A stretch of 64,000 nucleotides of DNA from Patescibacteria group bacterium (lineage in GTDB: Bacteria; Patescibacteriota; Microgenomatia; UBA8517), in assembly GCA_041499035.1 (NCBI GenBank), contig JBGQJK010000002.1, positions 6,571-70,570 of the forward strand. The letters run 5' to 3'. Shown here piece after piece: positions 6,340-14,042 of the stretch (the first letter of the stretch is position 1; each line of letters starts with the position of its first letter). The notes below the pieces were generated by a model that saw nothing but the letters and a program-made list of their open reading frames with translations, made no database searches and was not told the origin of the DNA. Position numbers and translations under genes: made by a program.

Positions 6340-8241
6340 CTACTGATTCTGAATATCTAGCGAATACAGCTTGTCTCCTGTAAGAAGAATTATTTTCTTA
6401 TCAGCTTCCGAAACTACCAAGTTTATGCCTCCCGAAATTAATGAATCTTCATATTGGGCCTTATAAACACCCTTCTTATCGGTAACCACCACCCTGCTGC
6501 CTGCTTTATCAAGCAAATAAATATACTGATTATCCGGGTTGGCATAAATGGCGTCAATATTTCCAATTTCCGGAATTACACCAGAAACATTAAAGTTTTG
6601 GGGACTGCCCTGGCTGAACTTAAGCACTTTAGAGTTAGGATACAGGGCATAGATTGATCCGTCTATGGTTATCTGCAAAATATTCGAAAAATTAACATTA
6701 GTTCCTGCTGCAAGCCAATTTTGTTTATCACCAAACGAGTTCCCTGTCCCAGCATATCTATAAATTGCATTTCCGGCTTTGTCTATTACATACATATTTC
6801 CGGCAAAGGCTGATATAAGCGCATCAGATGTCCATACTTTACTGATAACCTTACTATTACCTGAATCAACTTCATAAATACCATCACTTTCAAGAACAAA
6901 GACTTTGGCTTCGTAAGCCGCCAGTGCGGAGGCCGAATTTATTACCCCGGGTCCTGCAACCACCCTGCTCTTTTTTGTGGAAAGGTCAACGCTAACTATT
7001 CGTTGTCCAGATTTATCGAGAACGTAGATAAACCCGCCCGAAAAAGCTACTATGTCGCCTTTAAACCCGGAGGAAAGCAGTGTCAAATCCAAAAACATCT
7101 GGGGCGTCTCCCGGTATTCCCCAAGAACTGCAGCCCGGCTGTCATCAATCTTTTTCTTGAGAGCGTCGATTTTAGTGTCATGTACGTTCATAGCAGTAAT
7201 TCGATTCAGTTTTTGTTCGCTGTCGGCAAACAGCTCACGGCTCCGCTCAGAACTGACACTCGCCAGGCTTATAGCCTGATCAGCCTCGCTTGTTGCCTGC
7301 GCAAGAATTCCCTGATATTTACTTTTCAAATCATTGATCTTTTTCTGACGTATGCCAAATCCGATACTTACTCCTAAAAGCACCAGAAGAATCGCCGCAA
7401 CCGTAAAAGTAAGCTTTTTGCTTTCGGGGGAAGCTTGGGGAGCCTGTTCCGCCTTTAAATAGATATTTTTTTGAGGAATTCTTTTGAAAAGCTTGGAAAC
7501 AAATTCCTGAATCTTATCTGATATCATCAACGGGTTTCTAAAATCTAGACTCAATTTGTTAAATTTTCTTGGTTCCGCGATTTCCGGACGCGCTTCTGCA
7601 AATAGTGTGTTTGCGTCTTCTTTTTCCTCAAATTTAATCACGGTTGCAGCCAAGTTTCCCTGGCTTTCTGAGCCAAGCACGATAGGACCGAACGTCTCAA
7701 TTGAATCTTCGGAAGTTTTTGCCGAAAGCGCAGCTCTAAGTATTCCGTTCGGGACCTTCTCAAAAAATGTTTTTGTCGCCAAAAGTATAACGTCGCCACT
7801 CTTGGGAAAACCCGAGGCAACAACTACCTGATCTTTTTCACTTTCCAGGATTTTTCCGAGCGAACCGTTCCGGAAAACCATTACGCCTGCCCCGCCAACC
7901 GCTACGGAATAAACAACATTTCCGACGAAAGCAGCTGCAACAATTTCGACGTCCCCCCAGGTGTGCCTGAATTCATCGGCAACTTTCTTGGTAGCATCCC
8001 TGAGAACATTGAAGGGCTTACCTGTCGGGTTGCCGTAGTATTCTTCATGGTACCTGGTTAAAAGTTCCCGTCCGGCAGCAAGTGTGTCTATACCGCTCTC
8101 TGTGTGACTGGTAGAAACTATCGCAAATAAGTGTCCCCGGAGTTTAAGCTTATCAGAATCCTCCGGTTCAAACTCATGTACTTGTGCCCACCCGGACGGC
8201 CCAGGCGCACCAGTCAACTTGGAGGCACTAGAAATTAACAT
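6340..8241 (-). CDS. Membrane protein: degenerate PP2C-like domain, one TM, NHL/beta-propeller C-terminus
   Basis: AVGGAGVMVFRNG and GDVILLATKTF resemble PP2C motifs; repeated IYVLD/MYVID/IYLLD blades. Confidence 0.65.
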   Translation of the reverse strand: MLISSASKLTGAPGPSGWAQVHEFEPEDSDKLKLRGHLFAIVSTSHTESGIDTLAAGRELLTRYHEEYYGNPTGKPFNVLRDATKKVADEFRHTWGDVEIVAAAFVGNVVYSVAVGGAGVMVFRNGSLGKILESEKDQVVVASGFPKSGDVILLATKTFFEKVPNGILRAALSAKTSEDSIETFGPIVLGSESQGNLAATVIKFEEKEDANTLFAEARPEIAEPRKFNKLSLDFRNPLMISDKIQEFVSKLFKRIPQKNIYLKAEQAPQASPESKKLTFTVAAILLVLLGVSIGFGIRQKKINDLKSKYQGILAQATSEADQAISLASVSSERSRELFADSEQKLNRITAMNVHDTKIDALKKKIDDSRAAVLGEYRETPQMFLDLTLLSSGFKGDIVAFSGGFIYVLDKSGQRIVSVDLSTKKSRVVAGPGVINSASALAAYEAKVFVLESDGIYEVDSGNSKVISKVWTSDALISAFAGNMYVIDKAGNAIYRYAGTGNSFGDKQNWLAAGTNVNFSNILQITIDGSIYALYPNSKVLKFSQGSPQNFNVSGVIPEIGNIDAIYANPDNQYIYLLDKAGSRVVVTDKKGVYKAQYEDSLISGGINLVVSEADKKIILLTGDKLYSLDIQNQ

Positions 8242-8244
8242 TCT

Positions 8245-8466
8245 TTAAAGAATTATTAGAGCAGCCAGAAAAACTAAAACCGCAAAAGCTAAATGAATAT
8301 AGCCAAGCAGGATTATCGGAGCATCGAAACCAAGCGAGAGCGTGGATGTCATTAGTCTGATCTGCCGGACCATAATCAAAGCGAACACAAGATACATTGC
8401 CAAAAGCAGAAGAGCCGCGATTTTAATCACCAGCCAAATAGAAATTCCAAAAATAGGGTTGATCAT
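8245..8466 (-). CDS. Small two-TM membrane protein (DUF5657-like)
   Basis: Hydrophobic, with YLVFALIMVRQIRLM motif; tightly coupled to neighbours. Confidence 0.7.
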   Translation of the reverse strand: MINPIFGISIWLVIKIAALLLLAMYLVFALIMVRQIRLMTSTLSLGFDAPIILLGYIHLAFAVLVFLAALIIL

Positions 8467-9131
8467 TTTCTTTTATCTTTTGTAATCAGATCCTCAATAA
8501 TTTTTGCCACCTTATCAGGATTTGGCACCGCTACGAAATCAAATTCGGCAACTTCCGCGGCAGTTTGAACAAAAACGTCCCCGTAATTAAAAATCGTCCT
8601 GGCAACCCCACCCATATTATATGTAACATCCTGAATTTTATCCAAGTTGGCGTCGGAAACCTCCTTATAAATTAAGTTGTAAAAATCGACGTCGACTACT
8701 CTCATATTTGTAACTATATAAACGTTAAAAAACCAGCTCAAAAAGTTTTCGAAAGCGTATGCCAATGTAATCAAATACCAGGCCATTGTGATAACCAATT
8801 CAAACCCGACCGGAAGAGATGAAAATACACCGAAGGCCGCCATAGTTGCCGGCACAAAAAGCAGCAGTATTGTAACCAAAATCCACTTAACATTAACTAT
8901 CAGGTGTTGCCTTAAAAGCAAAACTATTTTTTCTTCCTTAGAACGGGACTCAAAATCGATATGGTCGGGATAAAAGTAAAAGGCGGACAGGGGGCTATGG
9001 GTGTGTCCGGGGAGTTTAGACTTTTCAATCTCGGTCACTGGAGACTCTTCCGGCAAAACCGATGAGGCCGGCTCCTCAGGAGCTACTGGCTTTTGAGACT
9101 CATTTTTTGGAGAAACAAACACATCCGGCAT
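8463..9131 (-). CDS. Membrane protein with bacterial PH domain
   Basis: YIVTNMRVVD, LDKIQDVT, FNYGDVFVQTA. Confidence 0.8.
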   Translation of the reverse strand: MPDVFVSPKNESQKPVAPEEPASSVLPEESPVTEIEKSKLPGHTHSPLSAFYFYPDHIDFESRSKEEKIVLLLRQHLIVNVKWILVTILLLFVPATMAAFGVFSSLPVGFELVITMAWYLITLAYAFENFLSWFFNVYIVTNMRVVDVDFYNLIYKEVSDANLDKIQDVTYNMGGVARTIFNYGDVFVQTAAEVAEFDFVAVPNPDKVAKIIEDLITKDKRK

Positions 9132-9211
9132 GGCAACCTGATTATATCAGGTCGATCTAATAACTTAAAACTAAAACCTACAGCTATTAGATATTAACTT
9201 TTAGTTATTGT

Positions 9212-10993
9212 TTAATGCTTCTCAATATTGAAGAGTGGTCCGACAATTTGGATGTTGCTCGGGGCTCTAAGGTTAAAGTATGTCTTAAAATCCTGACCGT
9301 CAAAATTTCGGCCGTCAATTGTAACGGTAGTTGTTTTTCCGCTTCCGAAATCAGCATTAACCGATATGTTTGAAGCACTGTCAAATGGTGTAATTCCCCT
9401 CGTAGAAAGTTCACTTTTAACTCTGCCAGCGTCCCAGGTATCAACTCCGTCGGGATTTGGTTTATCAACCTGTGTCAGATGATCCTGAGTTGACCCGTCG
9501 GCTTTGGCGAGCAAAATAATGTTTGCAAAGTCTGCAATCTCCTCGGGCTTCAGCCATGCTGTTTTGTTGTAAGAGGAACGGCTGCCCCAATCGCAGTAGA
9601 AAACCGGCGAACTTTTATCGTAGGTGCTATTTGCAAGATCGGAAAAACTGTTTATCCCACCAGGCGCATCCTTAAGCCTTTTGGTCCAACTTGTATTACT
9701 CCAGCCAATATCCCCCGATGTGTAAGCATAGCCCCCGTGTGTTGAGGAAAACCAAGCTTTTATTGGACTTCCCCCGGTAGTCATTACAATACCGCGTGTG
9801 GCGTCCACTGCAGCCTGCCATGCACCATCATTAAGTTCTTTTTTTACTACCTGGCACTGCTGGCTGGGGCAAATACTGCCTGAGCCATTATTTGTGTAAG
9901 CTAATGCGAACGACCTGGCCGCGACTGCCTGGGCTTTAAGAGCTTCCGGATTCCAGCTTGTTGGCATCTCGTATAAATGTTTAAGATAATCGTCAATGTT
10001 CCAAGTGTCGTTAAATGACTGACCAAATTCGTTGCTGCCGGTTACGTGAATGTTAATTGATTGGTTATAACCCGTTGTGTAATCGGCGTTGTAGTAAGTC
10101 TTGAGAATCGTTTCGGCATTCTGACCAGCCTCGGCCCGGCCTTTGGCTCCAAACTGGTTAAGCCCTATCCTGTTGGGCACTCCGTAGCTGAAAAACGCAT
10201 AAGCCGGGCTAAAACCGGGGTCTTTGAAGGGGTTGATATCACTACTGCATCCACCCTTCATGTTGTAAGCGGATCTTGAAAGGCCTAATGTTGCGAGCTT
10301 TGCTGCCAGGAAGGATTGCTGTTTGGCCGAAAGCGTTGCCAAATATGCGCTGGCTTTTGCAACTTCCCCCGCCAAAAAGTTTGCCTTTTCGGTTACTTGT
10401 TTTTGAGCGGCAGTCAAAGCATCTTTATTCTTCTGAAGAGTATCTTCGTCCTGCTTAAGTTTAATCAGATCAGTGGCATATTGAGCCATCGTCTGTCTGT
10501 CGGAATCCGCCGCTCTTTGCCTAAGGTTAATTTCCTGAAAAGCCTGCGAGGCCGTATCGGCAAAAATAAATGGGGTTATGGGATCATAAAGTCTTAAGAA
10601 AGTATATTGGTCTTTGGCCTTTTGATTAAAAATCTCTCTGGTAAAGGCCATTTTCTCCTCGCGCAGGTTAATATCGGCTTGGGTTTGCTTAAGTTGATCC
10701 AAAAAAGAATTTATTCTCGCCGCTAAATTTGCGAGCTGCTTTTGGAGGGCGCTAAGATCCTGTTTATTTTTTTCATTGGCGGACTGAATCGGAGCCAGAA
10801 GTTGCGGGATTCCTACGTTGTAGCACCAATCCTGGTCCCCCTGCGAAAGATCGCTGACATTTTTAGTAAGACATTCCTGGGCAGTTATGGCAAAAACCAC
10901 AGTCGTTTTTAGAATCAAAAGGCCTAATACGGCAAGGGCCGTAGTAATTAATAATTTGAAAGACCTAGAATTAAATGGAAATTGTTTGCCCAC
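9212..10993 (-). CDS. Secreted coiled-coil protein with SpoIID/LytB lytic transglycosylase domain
   Basis: Signal/TM, long coiled coil, GLNQFGA, YEMPTSWNPEALKAQAVAARSF, FSSTHGG. Confidence 0.85.
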   Translation of the reverse strand: MGKQFPFNSRSFKLLITTALAVLGLLILKTTVVFAITAQECLTKNVSDLSQGDQDWCYNVGIPQLLAPIQSANEKNKQDLSALQKQLANLAARINSFLDQLKQTQADINLREEKMAFTREIFNQKAKDQYTFLRLYDPITPFIFADTASQAFQEINLRQRAADSDRQTMAQYATDLIKLKQDEDTLQKNKDALTAAQKQVTEKANFLAGEVAKASAYLATLSAKQQSFLAAKLATLGLSRSAYNMKGGCSSDINPFKDPGFSPAYAFFSYGVPNRIGLNQFGAKGRAEAGQNAETILKTYYNADYTTGYNQSINIHVTGSNEFGQSFNDTWNIDDYLKHLYEMPTSWNPEALKAQAVAARSFALAYTNNGSGSICPSQQCQVVKKELNDGAWQAAVDATRGIVMTTGGSPIKAWFSSTHGGYAYTSGDIGWSNTSWTKRLKDAPGGINSFSDLANSTYDKSSPVFYCDWGSRSSYNKTAWLKPEEIADFANIILLAKADGSTQDHLTQVDKPNPDGVDTWDAGRVKSELSTRGITPFDSASNISVNADFGSGKTTTVTIDGRNFDGQDFKTYFNLRAPSNIQIVGPLFNIEKH

Positions 10994-11076
10994 GGCAATC
11001 CATTATATCAAGTGAAACATAGAAGGGGTTTGTTATTTGGAGTCACAAAAGTTAGAATAAATATATATCTAGATAA

Positions 11077-11661
11077 ATGAAAAGAATAGTTTTGTTATTA
11101 GGTCTTTTTGGGTTAATTTTCTTTTTGCTTCCGTATAAAGTTTTGGCAGGTCCTCAATGCTCTACTAAAGGCGGAAGCTGCTCAACCGCATGCAGCATCA
11201 GCGATACCCCTTCAGGACCTTTAGACTGCCCAACCCAAAATGGAGGTAGAGGGGCACCCATTCAACAAGTTTGTTGTGTACCTCAGTCATCAGGCGGTGG
11301 TAGCAGTGGTGGATCTACTAGCGGCAGTTCTCCAGTAAATATACAAGGACGCTGCGCAATCACAGCAATCGATACAGCAATAGGCTGCATTCCTGTCTTA
11401 AACAGCGATAACGGAACGGCATTTATGGGCTTTATCCTTAGATGGGCCGTGGGCATCGGGGGCGGAATCGCTTTTCTTTTAATTCTTTACGGAGGCTTTA
11501 TGATAATGACTTCCTCGGGTAACCCTGAGCGACTTAAAGCGGGACAGGAACTTCTAACTTCGGCAATTGGAGGAATAATTCTTCTTATTTTCTCTGTATT
11601 CCTGCTTAAGGTTATTGGAATTGACATACTCGGTCTTGGATCTTATGGTTTCGGGAAGTAA
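11077..11661 (+). CDS. VirB2/TrbC-like pilin with Cys-rich N-terminal domain (pilin 1)
   Basis: Signal peptide, Cys-rich module, G/S linker, GGFMIMTSSGNPERLKAGQELLTSAIGG pilin motif. Confidence 0.8.
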   Translation: MKRIVLLLGLFGLIFFLLPYKVLAGPQCSTKGGSCSTACSISDTPSGPLDCPTQNGGRGAPIQQVCCVPQSSGGGSSGGSTSGSSPVNIQGRCAITAIDTAIGCIPVLNSDNGTAFMGFILRWAVGIGGGIAFLLILYGGFMIMTSSGNPERLKAGQELLTSAIGGIILLIFSVFLLKVIGIDILGLGSYGFGK

Positions 11662-11669
11662 AAATAGAC

Positions 11670-12005
11670 ATGTTATTGGCACAAAACTTAGACGCAATTC
11701 AAAGCGGAGGAATTCCAGGTTTTACAATCCCTAATGGCGGGCTTGCATCTTCCGGTGTTGGTACGCTAATTACATTATTAATCCCGTATATATTTGAGGC
11801 CGCGGCACTTTTACTTTTAATTTACTTCCTACTTGGGGGGTTACAGCTTATGACGTCGAGGGGAGACCCTAAAGGGATACAAGCTGCTCAGGGAAAAATT
11901 GTCAACGCTTTAATTGGTTTTGCAATTATTCTCCTCGCGGGCTTTGTAGTGCTACTATTAGGGAGATTATTAAGAATAAATGTTTTTACAGGATTAATCG
12001 TTTAA
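11670..12005 (+). CDS. VirB2/TrbC-like pilin 2
   Basis: TM-GGLQLMTSRGDPKGIQAAQGKIVNALIG-TM. Confidence 0.8.
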   Translation: MLLAQNLDAIQSGGIPGFTIPNGGLASSGVGTLITLLIPYIFEAAALLLLIYFLLGGLQLMTSRGDPKGIQAAQGKIVNALIGFAIILLAGFVVLLLGRLLRINVFTGLIV

Positions 12006-12010
12006 AAAAA

Positions 12011-12301
12011 ATGGATATAAATAGTATTTTTGGCTCTCCTCTTACCCAACTTACGAATGTGGCAGGGCTAGTTACCATTTTTTTAAACGCGATCTTTGTT
12101 ATTGCCGGTCTTATTCTACTTTTTTACTTTATTTTGGGGGGAATAGGAATGATAAATAGCGCCGGGAAAAACGACCCGCGGGCAGCGGAACAGGCGAAAC
12201 AGACTGTTACTTCGGCTCTTATTGGGTTTGTTGTTGTAATTGCTGCCTACTGGATAGTAAAATTAACAGGAACGCTTTTAGGGATTCAAAATTTAATATG
12301 A
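12011..12301 (+). CDS. VirB2/TrbC-like pilin 3
   Basis: TM-GGIGMINSAGKNDPRAAEQAKQTVTSALIG-TM. Confidence 0.8.
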   Translation: MDINSIFGSPLTQLTNVAGLVTIFLNAIFVIAGLILLFYFILGGIGMINSAGKNDPRAAEQAKQTVTSALIGFVVVIAAYWIVKLTGTLLGIQNLI

Positions 12302-12630
12302 CCAACCCATTCGGATCAGTAAAGATGCCTAATACCGCTCTTGGAACGGATCCTGGCTTAGCTATCGGAAAAATAGTCCAGCTTGTAATTTGGGTTTTAC
12401 TCATAAGTGCTGGTGTTTACGCACTTATTAATTTTATTTTAGCCGGCTATGCATTTATGTCTGCTGGGGATGATGCCAAAAAAATCGAGGGTGCCTGGGC
12501 AAAAATCTGGCAGACAGCACTTGGTCTGGCAGTTGCAGCTGGCGCCTTTGTGCTGGCTGCAATTTTTGGCCAGCTAATTTTTAACGATCCTACAATTCTT
12601 TTCAATCCAACTATCCCAGCCTTACCATAA
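12298..12630 (+). CDS. VirB2/TrbC-like pilin 4
   Basis: TM-AGYAFMSAGDDAKKIEGAWAKIWQTALG-TM. Confidence 0.8.
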   Translation: MTNPFGSVKMPNTALGTDPGLAIGKIVQLVIWVLLISAGVYALINFILAGYAFMSAGDDAKKIEGAWAKIWQTALGLAVAAGAFVLAAIFGQLIFNDPTILFNPTIPALP

Positions 12631-12635
12631 ATAGA

Positions 12636-13001
12636 ATGAAAAATTTATTATCGCAAGTCAGTTTTGGTACATTTAAGGGCATCGGATCTGGAAATCTATC
12701 TAATTCAACCGGTGGCATAGCAACCCTGGCCAGTTTTATTACATCTGTAATTGGTGTCATGACAATAGTTGCAGTTATCTGGTTTATTTTTGTGTTTATC
12801 ACCGGTGCAATCGGGATAATTGCAGCAGGAGGAGACAAAGGCGCTCTCGAGAATGCCAGAAAAAGGATCACTACAGGACTAATCGGTTTAGTGGTCGTCA
12901 TTATTGCAACTTTTGTGATTGATTTGATCGGATATTTGCTCGGCTTTCCTTCCAACGGAATTTTAAATATTGTTAACCTGTTTAATACTCTACCCAAATA
13001 A
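12636..13001 (+). CDS. VirB2/TrbC-like pilin 5
   Basis: TM-GAIGIIAAGGDKGALENARKRITTGLIG-TM. Confidence 0.8.
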   Translation: MKNLLSQVSFGTFKGIGSGNLSNSTGGIATLASFITSVIGVMTIVAVIWFIFVFITGAIGIIAAGGDKGALENARKRITTGLIGLVVVIIATFVIDLIGYLLGFPSNGILNIVNLFNTLPK

Positions 13002-13005
13002 ATAA

Positions 13006-13323
13006 ATGATAAAAAATCCGGTACTAGGGGGCTTGGGTGCGACGGCCGGCATCACCTTTTTCCAAACATTCTTTGGTAAGCTTGTAGCGGTTGCCCTTAT
13101 AGCAGGATCCGTAATTTTTCTTTTTATGCTGATTACTGGGGCAATACAGTGGATTTCTTCCGGTGGCGACAAGCAGGCACTTGAAAATGCAAAAAGCAAG
13201 GTGACAAACGCGATCGTCGGAATTATAATTCTGTTCGCTATTTTTGCAGTAATAAATTTTGTCAGCTCTTTCTTTGGAAATATCCCAATATTAAACGCGC
13301 CTCTAAATCCCGTTACCCCTTGA
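13006..13323 (+). CDS. VirB2/TrbC-like pilin 6
   Basis: TM-GAIQWISSGGDKQALENAKSKVTNAIVG-TM. Confidence 0.8.
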   Translation: MIKNPVLGGLGATAGITFFQTFFGKLVAVALIAGSVIFLFMLITGAIQWISSGGDKQALENAKSKVTNAIVGIIILFAIFAVINFVSSFFGNIPILNAPLNPVTP

Positions 13324-13362
13324 CACGGCGTTTTAAAAAGGCCAATAATATAAAATACAGAT

Positions 13363-13701
13363 ATGGGGAACTCTCTGCTCGCGCAAATAAACTTAAAGCC
13401 GGATGCTAATTCGGGCTTCAGTAACCTGGGAGGCTATACTTTACCCGGAATTATATCCGCTCTTATAAAAGGGGCGTTGGTTGTGGCAGCAATAGTTTTC
13501 TTCTTTATACTCGTCCTCGGCGGAATAAAATGGATTGCGTCGGGTGGCGATAAAGCGGCAACAGAGGGTGCAAGAAATCAAATTACGGCGGCCCTAATCG
13601 GCCTTGTAATAGTCTTTGCTGCTTGGGCAATAGTTTCCTTAATCAATACTTTCTTTAACGTAAACATTTTCTCCTTGACACTTCCTCAAGTTAGCGGTTA
13701 A
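13363..13701 (+). CDS. VirB2/TrbC-like pilin 7
   Basis: TM-GGIKWIASGGDKAATEGARNQITAALIG-TM; TTGACA at 13320 and TAAAAT at 13351 upstream. Confidence 0.82.
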   Translation: MGNSLLAQINLKPDANSGFSNLGGYTLPGIISALIKGALVVAAIVFFFILVLGGIKWIASGGDKAATEGARNQITAALIGLVIVFAAWAIVSLINTFFNVNIFSLTLPQVSG

Positions 13702-13708
13702 AACGGGC

Positions 13709-13737
13709 TTGCTCAATCTTGCCCCCTAGTCTAGAAT
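13709..13737 (+). promoter_or_regulatory. Sigma70-type promoter for pilin 8
   Basis: TTGCTC-17 bp-TAGAAT, with ATG 9 nt downstream. Confidence 0.55.
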
Positions 13738-13746
13738 TGTCTTTAT

Positions 13747-14022
13747 ATGGACCCTGCGCGTATAACTGACCTCCAAACAGTCTTTGTTAATGTGGTAAAG
13801 GTTGCTATTGCTGCAGCCGGAATAGCTTTGTTTGTCATGCTTCTTATTGGTGGATTTAAATATATAACCTCGGGTGGGGATCCTAAGGCAACTGAGGGCG
13901 CGCAAAGAACTATCACTTATGCAATCGGCGGACTAGTCCTTATTCTTGCGGCCTACTTAATACTTTTACTCATACGAACCATAACAGGGGCTCAAGTGAC
14001 CAACTTTACCGTGGTCCAATAA
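13747..14022 (+). CDS. VirB2/TrbC-like pilin 8
   Basis: TM-GGFKYITSGGDPKATEGAQRTITYAIGG-TM. Confidence 0.82.
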   Translation: MDPARITDLQTVFVNVVKVAIAAAGIALFVMLLIGGFKYITSGGDPKATEGAQRTITYAIGGLVLILAAYLILLLIRTITGAQVTNFTVVQ

Positions 14023-14042
14023 ACCATAATAATAAATCACAA

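Noticed and set aside
11077-14022. Type IV (PilA-type) pilins
   Set aside because: No G|FTLIE class III signal; the two-TM hairpin with S.GD loop fits VirB2/TrbC-like pilins
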